A stretch of 60,699 nt of DNA, the filler included, from Hausera hauseri (taxonomy: Eukaryota): assembly GCA_046269625.1 (NCBI GenBank). It is 10 parts of 10 records of this genome, joined end to end, with 100 filler letters (N's around TTAATTAATTAA, not from the genome) between each part and the next. Parts side by side here need not be neighbours in the genome. Positions count along the whole stretch, not along the records: positions 1 to 6,084 come from JBJURY010143202.1; positions 6,185 to 11,436 come from JBJURY010299167.1; 8 more parts are not named here. One strand, 5' to 3'. The position numbers and the translations under genes were made by a program. The notes under the pieces are model-generated. The model worked only from the letters and a program-made list of their open reading frames with translations, was not told the DNA's origin and ran no database searches. Shown piece after piece: positions 1 through 11,536 of the stretch; within the stretch, counting starts at the first letter, position 1, and every line of letters begins with the position of its first letter.

Positions 1-3000
1 TAGGCGCGTAACATAATAAGTCCTTCACGTAATCAGACCATTTCCTAATAAGCACGTCACCCAATAAGTGCACCACCTAATAAATCCATCACCTAATAAG
101 CGCATCACCTATTAAGTGCATCACCTAAAAAGTGCTTCGAAAAATAAGTACATCACATAATAAGTGCATCACCTAATACGTGCTTCCCGTAATAAGAGAA
201 TCACCAAATAAGTGCATCACGTACTAAGTTAATCATCTAATAAGCGGATCACCTAATAAGCGCAGCACCTAATAAGTGCATCACTTAATAAGTGCATCCC
301 GTACTAAGAGTATTTCTTAATAAGGTATCACCTACTTAGTTCATCAGCTAATAAGCGCTTCACCTAATAAGCGCAGCACTTAATAAGTGCATCACCTAAT
401 TAGTGCATGTCGTAATAAGTGCATCAAATAAACCCTGCATCACGTAAGAAGCGCATCATCTAATAAGTGCATCGTCCAATAAGTGCATCACGTAATAATT
501 GCTTCACCTATTAACTGCATCACATAAGCAGTGCATCGCATAATACGTGCATTACCTAATAAGTGCATCACCTAATAAGCGCATCAACAAATAAACGCAT
601 CACATAATATGTGTATCACGTAATAAGCGCATGACCTAATAAGTGCATCATATAATAAGAGCATCAATTAATAAGCACATCACCTATTAAGCGCACCACC
701 TAAAAAGCGCGTCACCTAATAAGTGCATCACCTAATATGTGCATCACCTAATAAAAGCATAATCTAATAAGCGCTTGACATGATAAGCGCATCACCTAAT
801 AAATCCATCACCTAATACGACTATCACTTAATAAGCGCATCCCCTAATAAGCGCTTCACCTAATAAGCGCGTAACCTAATAAGTCCATCACCTAATAAGT
901 CCAAATCGTAATAAGTGCTTAACATAATAAGCGCATCACCTAATAAGTGCATCACCTAACAAGCGCTTCACATAACAAGCGAATCACCTAATAAGTGCAT
1001 CACCTAATAATTGCATCACATAATACGCGTATCACCTAATAAGCGCATCACCTAATAAGCGCATAAGCTAATAAGTACATCAACTAATAAGTGCATCACT
1101 TAATAACCGCATTACCTAATACATCCATCACCTAACAAGTGCATCATCTACTAAGAGCATCATATAATAAGCGCATCACCTAATAAGTCCATCACCTAAT
1201 ACGACTATCACCTAGTAAGCGCATCACCTAATAAGCGCATCAACTAACAAGCGCATTACCTAATAACCGCATCAACTAATAAGCGCATCATCTAATAATT
1301 CTTCACCTAATAAGACTATCACCTAAGAAGCGCATCACCTAATAAGCGCATCACCTAATAAGCGCATAACCTAATAAGTCCATCACCTAATAAACCAACT
1401 GGTAATAAGCGAGTAACCTAATAAGTACATCAAATAATCAGTCCACCTTCTATTAAGCGCATCACCTAATAAGTCCATCACCTAATAAGTGCATCACGCA
1501 ATAAGCGCATAAACTAGTAAGCGCATCACCTATTAAGCGCACCACCTAAAAAGGGCGTCACCTAATAAGTACATCACCTATTAAGTGCATCACCTAATAA
1601 ACGTACCATCTAATAAGCGCCTCACCTGATACGCGCATCGCCTAATAAGTGCATCGACAAATAAGTGCATCCCCTGATAGGTGCATCAGCTACTAAGCGC
1701 ATCACCTAATAAGCGCATCACCTAATAAGTCCATCAGCTAATACGACTATCACCTAGTAAGCGCATCAACTAATAAGCGCATTACCTAACAAGCGCATAA
1801 CCTACTAACCGCATCAACTAATAAGCGCGTAACCTAATAAGTCCAACACCTAATAAGTCGATCTCCTATTAAGCGCGTAATATAATAAGTCCATCACGTA
1901 ATCAGACCATCTCCTAATAAGCGCTTCACCCAATAATTCCATCACCTAATAAGCGCATCATCTATTAATTGCATCACCTAATAAGTGCTTCGAGAAATAA
2001 GTGCATCGCCTAATAAGTGCATCAAATAATAAATGCAATTCCTAATAGTTGCATCACCTATTAAGCGCATCAACTAAAACGCGCATCACGTAAGAAGCTC
2101 ATCACCTAATAAGTGCATCACCTAATACGTGCATCAAATAATAATTGCTTCATATAATAAGTGCATCATTTATTCAGTGCATTGCTTAACACATGCATCA
2201 CTTAATATGTGCAACACCTAAAAGCGCATCAATTAATAAAGGCATCACCTAATAAGTACATCACTTAATAAGCGCATCACCTAATAAAGGCAACAACTAA
2301 TAAGCAGATCACATAATAAGTGCATCAACTAATAAGCGCATCACTTAATAAGCGCATCACCTAATAAGTGCATCACCTAATAAATGCATCACCTAATACG
2401 CGCATTATCTAAAAAGCGCATTACCTAACAGACGCATCACCTAATACGTCCGTCACCTAACAAGTGCATAAAATACAAAGCGCGTCATCTAATAAGTGCA
2501 TCACCTAATATGTTATCACCTAATAAGACTATCATCTAATAAGTGCATCAGCTAATAATCGCATCATCTAAGAAGTTTATCACCTAACAAGACTATCACT
2601 TAATAAGCGCATCACATAATAAGCGCTTCACCTAATAAGCGCGTAACTTAATAAGTCCATCACCTAATAAGTCCAAATCGTAATAAGTGCTTAACATAAT
2701 AAGCGCATCACCTATTAAGTGCATCACCTAACACGTGCATCAACTAATAAGCGCCTAACCTAATAAGTCCATCACTTAATAAGTCTGTCTCCTATTAAGT
2801 GCGTAACATAATAATTTCATTACGTAATCAGACCATCTCTTAATAAACGCATTAACTAGTAAGTCCATCACTTAATAAATCCATCACCTAATAAGTGCAT
2901 CACTCAATAATTGCGTCATCTAATGGGTGCATCACCTAATCAGTGCATTGCCTAATAAGTGCTAAACCTAATAAGTGCATCGCTTAATAAGAACATCAAC

Positions 3001-6000
3001 AAATAAACGCATAATCTAATAAGAAATTTACTTAATAAGCGCATCACCTAATAAGTGCATCATCTAATAAGCGCGTCACACAATAAGCGCATCAACTAAT
3101 AAGTCCGTCACCTAATAATTGCATCACATAATACGCGAATCACCTAATAATGCATCACCTAAGGAGCGCATAAGCTAATGAGCACATAACCTAATAAGTA
3201 CATCAACTAATAAGTGCATCACTTAATAACCGCATTAACTAATACGTCCATCACCTAAGAGGTGCATTATATACTAAGAGCATCGTCTAATAAGCGCATC
3301 ACCTAATAAGTCCATCACCTAATACGACTATCACCTAGTAAGCGCATCACCTAATAAGCGCGTCACTTAACAAGCGCATCACCTAATAACCGCATCAACT
3401 AATAGGTGCATCATCTAATAACTGCATCGACTAATAAGCGCATCACCTAATAAGCGCATCATCTAATGAGCGCATCACCTAATAAACGCAACACCTAATA
3501 AGTGCATCAGCTAATAAGCGCATCACCTAATAAGCGCTTCACCTAATACGTCCATCACCTGACAAGTCCATCACGTACTAAGCGCATCATCTAATAAGCG
3601 CATCATTTAATAAGTCCTTCACCTAATAAGACTATCACCAAATAAGCGCATCACCTAATATGCGCATCACCTAATAAGCGCGTAACCTAATAAGTACATC
3701 AACTAATCAGTCCATCTCCTATTAAGCGCATAACCTAATAAGTCCATCACCGAATAAATTTATATTCTAATAAGCGCATCACCTAATAGGTGTATCAACA
3801 TATAAGTGAATCACCTAATAAGTGCGTCGCCTAATAAGTGCATGACCTAAAAGCGCATCCATAAACAAACGCATCACCTAATAAGTGCATCATGTAATAA
3901 GAGCCTCAACTAATAAGCGCAACACCTAATAAGCGCATCACCCAATAAAGGCCTCAAGTAAGAAGTGCATCACCTAATAAGCCCATAACCTAATAAGACC
4001 ATCACCTAATAAGCGCAAGTCCTAATTAATGCATCAACTAAAAAGCGCCTCGCCTAATATGTCCATAACCTAGTAAGTCCATCACCTAATAAGCGCATCA
4101 CCTGTTAAGCGCACAACCTAATAAACGCACCACTTTATAAGCTCATCACCTAATAAGTGCATCACCTAATACTTGCATCATGTAAAAGGTGCCTCAACTA
4201 ATAAGCTTATCACCTATTAATGCATCAACTTATAAGCGCTTCACTTAATAAGCCCATCACCTAATAAGTGCATCACCTACAAAGTTCATCACTTAATAAG
4301 CGCATCACCTAATAAGAGCAGCACCTGAGAAGCGCATCGCCTAATAAGTGCATCGACAAATAAGTGCATCCCCTGATAGGTGCATCACGTAATATGCGCT
4401 TCACCTAATAATCGCTTCACCTAAAATGTGCATCGCCTAATAAGTGCATCCCTTAATATGCTCATCACCCAATAAGTTCATCACCTAAGAAGTGCATCAC
4501 CTAATAAGCGCATCACCTAATAGTTCCATCACCTAACAAGTCCATCATATACTAAGCGCATCATCTAAAAAGCCCATCACCTAATGAGTGCATCACCTAA
4601 TATGCGCATCGCCTAATAAGTGCATAACCTAATGTGTCCATTAACTAATAAGCGCATCGCCTAATAAGCGCATAAACTAATAAGCGCCCCACCTAATAAG
4701 CGCATTACCCAATAAGTTCATCACCTAAGTAGTGCATCACCTAATAAGCGCATCACCTAATAGTTCCCTTACCTAACAAGTCTATCACCTACTAAGCGCA
4801 TCATCTAAAAAGCCCATCACCTAATGAGTGCATCACGTAATATGCGCATCGCCTAATAAGTGCATAACCTAATGAATCCATCATCTAATAAGTGCATCAG
4901 CTAATAAACGCGTCAACTAATAAATGCATCAGTTAATAAGCGCATCATTTAATAAGTTCATCACCTAATAAGTGCATCACCTAATGAGGGCATCACGTAA
5001 TAAGCGCATCACCTAAAAATTGCATCATATAATAAGCACATCACCTAATAATCGCTTGAACTAATAAGGGCATCACATAATAAGAGCATCATCTAATAAG
5101 TGCATCACCTAATATATGCATCAACTAATAAGGGCATCGCGTAATAAGTGCATCACCTAATAATCGCATCCCCTAATAAGTGCGTCGACAAATAAGTGGA
5201 TCACTTAATAAGTGATCACCTATTAAGAGTATTAAAGAGTAATCGCTTCACCTAATAAGTGCATCAATTAATAAGTGCATCGCCTAATAAATCCATCAAC
5301 TAATAAGTGCATGAACTAATAATTGCATAGTCTTATAAGTGCATCACATATTAATTGCATCACCTAATGAGCGCATCAACTAATAAGCGCATCACCTAAT
5401 AAGTCCATCACCTAACAAATCCATCACCTACCAAGCGCCTCATCTAATAAGCGCATCACCTAATAAGCGCATCATTTAATAAGTCCATCACCTTATAAGC
5501 GCATCACCTAATAAGCGTATAGCCTAATTAGCGCACCAACTGTTAAGTCCATCACCAAATAAGTCCATTGCCTAATTAGAGCATCATCTAATAAGTCCAT
5601 CGCCTAATACATCCATCACTTAATAAGCTCATCACCAAATATTTGCATCACTTAATAAGTGCATCACCTAGTAAGTGCATGACTTAATAAGCGCTTCACA
5701 TAAGAAATGCGTTACCTAAAAAGTACATCACATAATATGCGCAACAGCTAATAAGTGCGTCTCTTAATAAGTGCATTACCTAATAAGCGCATGACCTAAT
5801 AAGTACATATCCTAATAAATGCATCACTTAAAAGTGCATGAACTAATAAGGCCATCAACTAATAATTCCATCACTTACTAAGCGCATCACCTGCTAAGTG
5901 CATTACCTAATCAGTCCATCACCTAAGAAGCCCATCACCTAATTAGCGCATCATTTAATAAGTCCATCGCCTAATAAATTCATCAAATAATTAGTGCGTC

Positions 6001-6084
6001 ACCTAATACGTGCATCACCTAATAAGCGTATCACCTAATAAATGCATCACATAATAATCCCATCATCTAAGAAGTGCGTCACAT
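1..6084. repeat. Satellite array, 16-bp monomer CACCTAATAAG(C/T)GCAT, roughly 380 diverged copies with local higher-order blocks
   Basis: Continuous tandem 16-mers fill the whole contig. Diagnostic variant blocks recur, e.g. 4467-4634 repeats at 4707-4874 (offset 240 = 15 monomers). Confidence 0.97.
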
Positions 6085-6184
6085 NNNNNNNNNNNNNNNN
6101 NNNNNNNNNNNNNNNNNNNNNNNNNNNNTTAATTAATTAANNNNNNNNNNNNNNNNNNNNNNNNNNNNNNNNNNNNNNNNNNNN
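6085..6184. other. Artificial contig-joining linker (N44-TTAATTAATTAA-N44); also at 11437-11536, 16142-16241, 26295-26394, 31011-31110, 38273-38372, 45243-45342, 50160-50259, 54245-54344
   Basis: Nine identical 100-bp blocks. TTAATTAATTAA gives a stop in all six frames, and sequence content changes abruptly at each block. Confidence 0.98.
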
Positions 6185-6298
6185 GTATGTATCATTATGA
6201 TGAGACAGTACTCACAAAGTAAATGTCTATTGTTTACAATGAAAACAAACCGGTATGAACAAATTTGATATAAATACGGATTCAATTTCATTTCACTT

Positions 6299-6736
6299 TT
6301 GTCTTTAAATAATGTATTGAAAACAATTCAGCAGGTGACAGTCTCAAAAAAGCCACTGTACAGCCAATATTCGCTCAGAAATTCCCGGTTGTATAATAGA
6401 TACAACGTACATTATCTGCGCAATGCTATTCAATTGCCATTGACGCAAACGGTCAAAATCAAACCGGTGAAATATGGTCCATTGGTGAAAAAGATAAGCG
6501 ACGATGATTTTGATACAATGGAATACACAATTTGAAAAGTTGGCAGTGATTTGGTGTTGAGTAACGATATCCGAGACACATCGTTAATTTTTCTCAATGG
6601 AAATATGGCGAAAATTATCAGTTCACATGGCGGAGAGACAACAGGAAAAGCAGTTTTGCCACATTGAAATAGAAAATATACAACGATCTGCAAGGCATTA
6701 AATGACCAATATGGAAGCTGGGAAAGTTTATACTGA
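6299..6736 (+). pseudogene. Hypothetical small gene convergent with pPolB (possible element accessory gene), broken by in-frame stops
   Basis: TATAAA at about 6270. The frame continues past TGA 6533-6535 (KVGSDLVLSNDIRDTSLIFLNGNMAKIISS...ICKALNDQYGSWESLY*). AATAAA follows downstream. No family recognised. Confidence 0.4.
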
Positions 6737-6955
6737 TTTGACTTCGTTTTTTGATTTTAACTTATGATGATTAATAAATTTTATTGATTTTGTTTTCCAT
6801 ATTGTTTCTCGTCACATTAAGTTAAATAGATATATTAAATGATAATAAAACAAAAGGCAAAAACAACGAGCAACATACTTTATACAAAACAAACAAATCA
6901 CAATGAATTGTCACAGTAATTTGATCTGTCTGCACCGAATTCATGCGTGCATGTT

Positions 6956-9900
6956 TTATTCCAAACGCCAATGTCCGTACGCCCAATTCTTATTCCGCCC
7001 CACCCACTTACGCTTATTATCATTGCATGATAAAGCGACTTTTGTATTGGTCACCATATACAGCTGGTGTTCAATCGATCGGATGATCGTTTGAGACACA
7101 ACAGCCTTTGATTTTCATCTTTCTTCATAGATACGGCGATAATCACCGTGGTGTATTTCCGTCTGGGCCAACTGAACTCCTTTGGTGCTCATTTTCGGTC
7201 CACCGTCAGTTAAAAGCTATAGCATTTTGGCCGTAGAAATACCCATTCCTGATACTGAACCCTGCCTTCACTTTGATTCTTGAAGCAGCCGATTTTGTTG
7301 GTGATAGCGCTGCTGTACAGCGGATGATCCAGTGGATAGTTGGACGTGTCCAATAATCCATCTGACTGTATTTGCTGCAGTAGCTGTTCGCGATTGACTT
7401 TTTTCAGCCGCAGGAAAAACTGTCTGTGTCACCGGCAATTATACTAATGTCACAGCCGTCAAACATTTGCCGGCAACGTGCCAAATCGCGATATTGCAGC
7501 TCATACATCCGCAACCTGCTTAGGTCAAATACCACGTGTCCGATGTAACTTAGCCGGTCCAGAACGATTTCTCTGTTTAAAAGCACAGCAACCAATTCAT
7601 TAGCAATGTGCATTGGTCACCGAAACTGCGCCTTAATTGTGTACGTGACCAACCGCTTTTCGCTATTGTATAGGTGTACATTGAGCCGCTTTTTCAGATT
7701 CTGTACTGTTTTTCCATAGAGATAATTGTTTTTCAGCTTGTAGTAGTCCTTTTCGAACTTTGTGCAAGCTGCGGCTCCTTTCTCCGAATTTCCATTTATG
7801 TACGCCTTGAATATGGGAGCCTGAAGAAATCGGATTGCACGATGCAGCTGTGTGACGCGTACATCGAACTGCATGTAGAACTGTAGCAGACGCCAATGGA
7901 CCACGTAATTCAGCTTCGGTTCATGCGTCATGGGCAGTTTCTTCACCTTTGAGCTTGGCGAGCATAGGTTAAATGGTGCGACCGGTAAATCGTTCAAAAC
8001 GTCATGCAGCCCATCTGGTTTCTCGAGATCGACCTTCGTCAGGTATCCGACGTAGCCTGCCATGTCTGTTCGTGGTAGGTCGACCATTATGTCGTCCAGA
8101 TCTTGTCTGTCGACTAACCATTCAAATGAACCATAGGGCTATGGTTGCGAAAGTGCCCAGCCGTACAGGTTATTAATATCAATATACAGCAGTAATGTGG
8201 TATGGGTAGCACTGACCTGATGCTTGTTGACAAATGTCTTGCCGCCGCGAATACCAACATCAAACATTTGTATATTTGCGGGTCTTGCAGCAGCTCAATG
8301 TCTCGATCCGACAACATTAGAGTTGACGCCCAACACATTCCCGATATGGAATAAAAGTTGAGTGGCTCCAGCCTCTCTTTCGCCAGCTCTTTGGTCCGAA
8401 ATACTTCGAAAACGTCGGCTAATAAGTACACGTCCAGTGTAAGATACTGGAGCATGTAATACAACACGTTTCTACAGCCCAGTTCTGTCCAAGATTCTTG
8501 TGCTCTCCGATATTCATCTACGATACCTGTCCATCTCGGCTGTAATTCCTCTGCTGTCCGGAGTTGCTCATATAATGTTGTAAAGTTATATGGAAATATG
8601 CCTTTGCTGCGTGCAATGTGTGGGGAATTGTGTTAACTTTATCGACACATCCGGCAAGGCATTTACCAGCTTCGCCAATGATTCATTGACAAACCGCAAT
8701 CAATTGAGAAGCGTACCTGAAGCCAGTTTATGCGTGCTAAGAGGGATTATGGACAGTTCCCAGTGCGTAAATCCGTTGATGGCCAATTTCAGTATATGGT
8801 GACAGTCGTAACGTCGGAAATTATTAAAGATCACCGGTAGGAATGGCCGCACACGCCTTGTTAAATTGCATGCGTTGCATGCTGCTCCCAGGTATCGACC
8901 GGTGAAATGACTATGGTCCGGTACGAGCCGTTCCTGTTCATCAAAAGGCAATATTTTGTGGCAGGGGTAACATTCATCGGTGACAGCGAAAAGCAGCGGT
9001 TCATATTCGTCTGTCCATATCAAGGGCTTGGTGCTATGGTTATTGTACCACGATGCGATTTCCGTTTCCACCGTCGTTTCCAACTGTTGCAGGAAATCGC
9101 GTACACAGTTCTAGCCATGGAAAACGTAATATTGCAGTTGTCCGGCGGCTTTTATTGGAACAACCAACATACCGACTGCGATCGGAATGTGCTTTTGGTT
9201 GTATACGTTGTGCCGCGCCAGGATTGCCTCGATATCTGCATATACTACGCATGCCGGAATGTCTGTTTTCGACCAGTCACTGATTCTCAGCTCCTTTTTG
9301 ACTCGCATGATTTACATTGTTGTCCCTGATGAATTCTGTCTGCACAGCACCACGTGTTTTCCCATGTCGTTTTTGACCTGAAACTATGCAGACATGTAAG
9401 GCACCATTTACAATTTATAGGCTTTTTTGAATTGGTGGTGATCCATGTTCGTCAGTATGTTCAAATTGGTTACTGCCACGAGGAAAATTTATCTGCTTGC
9501 TCTAACAGCAACAAATTTACCGAGCGTCCATTCGGGTTCCGACTGCGATAAATTATATCCACGTATGGGTTTTTGTATATCTCTTCGTCTGCCGGTATTT
9601 CTACGATTGTGTTGTACCAGAACACGTTGATTGCCAGTGTCGGATTACGCCGTTCAAAAGCCGGAATGGTTTTGAGTTTCATCGTCATCCAACACTCGTA
9701 GTCCAATTTTAAGAAATACAGTACTGCTTTGGACAATTTGCATGATGTCTGGACACTTGATCATTTTTCAATATGGCCAGAATGCAGTATTCGTCGTTAG
9801 TATTTTGTACATTCACTACCGCCAGAGACTGCTTTAAGGATGGAGGTGTCGGTATGAATGAACGTCCAGACAGGTAAATCATATCGCTCGTCTTGGTCAG

Positions 9901-10581
9901 AGTAAGGCCGAGAGAGACAGTCTTTACAATTCGCCAACCACTGCCCTTTTCGGTGTAGTTGGCGATTTTTTCTTCAAGCTTTTTGCCTATATCGGCAATA
10001 AAATCCTCAGAGTATAGTACGACTCGATGTGACAGGTACCATTGCTTCCTGTCACCCTGCAGATTTTCAAATTCTTCAAGTGCATAATATTGCACTATGC
10101 AGTGGTGTTGTTGGAATTTGGCCACTTCTGATTCCAACCGGTTACGCACATTAGCGGGTACATCCTTTAATTACGTTGCTGTTTTCGCCGACATGTCCAC
10201 CTCCATATCCACGTACGATCTGTTCAGGTCGTACTTGACAGTAATGGGCGGTTCACGTTCTTGCTGCTGCTGCTATCTCTGACTTCTGTTGTTTTGAAAG
10301 TATTCGTCAAGGCTTGCTGATGCTTGACGTTTCCTGCTGCTTCTTGCTGCGTCCATTAATATTTCCTTTTTGGACCTCTGAAACTGGTTCAAGTGGTACT
10401 TGTTAATGTTGTGGAATTGTTCATAGTTGATTTCATCAATTATAGAACAACCAGGACAAACGTAGTCCCGTTTACCGTGCACCGTTGTGGTGCCATAGTA
10501 CTGGTCCATTACGCTATGGCAACCATCAACGTCATGCACTCTACTACTACTACAGTATTGCGGATGTGGAAAAATGCACAA
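6956..10581 (-). pseudogene. polB: Protein-primed family B DNA polymerase (Polinton/adintovirus type) with endonuclease VII domain, frameshifted, near full length
   Basis: Ordered motifs across frames: N-terminal Cys/His domain; GSGW..VVNVQNTNDEYC; ExoI VVYADIE; EndoVII DHSHFTGRYLGAACNACNL; ExoII VIFNNFRRYDCH; ExoIII YLTLDVYLLADVFE; YIDINNLYG; KLKNNYLYGK; IAGDTDS; C-terminal NDNKR..AYGH*. Confidence 0.93.
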
Positions 10582-10960
10582 CCATCATCTTGGACCGCGT
10601 GAACGGACCAAGATGATGCTTGTGCGTCTCATAAAAGTCGGCGTACAGGCATGTGTTTTGAATAAAACACACGAGACAAAGGTACGTGTCCTTGGCCACT
10701 GAATAATATTTGGCCATTTCCTTGTGGCATTGTCCACCTTCATGTATGCGGGAGATGCACTACATGGGATATTGAGAACATCTCTGAATGATAAACAAAT
10801 TAAAGTAAATGTTAAACAAAAAACAAACAAAAATGTATTAATTATAGATAAATAAATTTAATTACAATACACTAAAACTTATTCCCCTTACTTCAGTCTC
10901 AGTCGTCGCCTAAATCGGCTATAAACATGTATCAACATTACTACTACTACTCTAAATCAA

Positions 10961-11216
10961 ATGGAAGAGTATATTAAAAGTGAAATTCAAAGATTGATTG
11001 ATGACATTTTGACAGGACGTGTTTGATGTACAGTTTTTATGTGAGCACACAAAAACATGAATAATTAGCAGGCGAGAGTATATTTAATTGATAATCAGAT
11101 CTCTCTTCGTAAAACGTATCGAGGATGAAATGAGACGAAAACGACAACAACGACGTATTAATTTTCTCATAGGACTTGTATTTACTGCTTCGCTTTGTAT
11201 TGTAATGAAAAGTTGA
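10961..11216 (+). pseudogene. Small tail-anchored-like ORF, degenerate homologue of 14934-15269
   Basis: MEEYIKSEIQRLIDDILTGRV/DVQFL...SRREYI...RRKRQQRRINFLIGLVFTASLCIVMKS aligns by eye with EAEIERLVGEICSGKIDCVQFL...SKEDYV...RKRQINVLL...GAFVIFLSK. Confidence 0.55.
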
Positions 11217-11536
11217 TTGACCGTATTTAATCACAAATACATATTATTTTACTATATTTGTTTTGGTGAATAAATATAATTTATTTGTTACATTTCAGTA
11301 TAAGTACTTGTGCTGCTTTACTGTGTGACATTACGACATGACCCATTTAACAGAAATCATTCGTTTATATCACTCGTTCGACGGTCTCCGGAGTCACCTT
11401 TGCAATCTTGACCCACCTTTACATGATATGCGATTCNNNNNNNNNNNNNNNNNNNNNNNNNNNNNNNNNNNNNNNNNNNNTTAATTAATTAANNNNNNNN
11501 NNNNNNNNNNNNNNNNNNNNNNNNNNNNNNNNNNNN

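Noticed and set aside
1-6084. CRISPR-like array
   Set aside because: Monomers are contiguous 16-mers with no unique spacers, there are no cas genes, and the context is eukaryotic.
6129-6140. TTAATTAATTAA palindrome as a biological site, and any synteny across it
   Set aside because: It is identical in nine N-flanked places and is a six-frame stop linker. Neighbouring contigs are not physically linked, so the facing pPolB pieces at 16141 and 16486 are not one element.
7663-9630. Many short overlapping ORFs in alternative frames or the opposite strand over pPolB (also over 16643-17916 and 57885-60374)
   Set aside because: They are shadow ORFs of the frameshifted polymerase.
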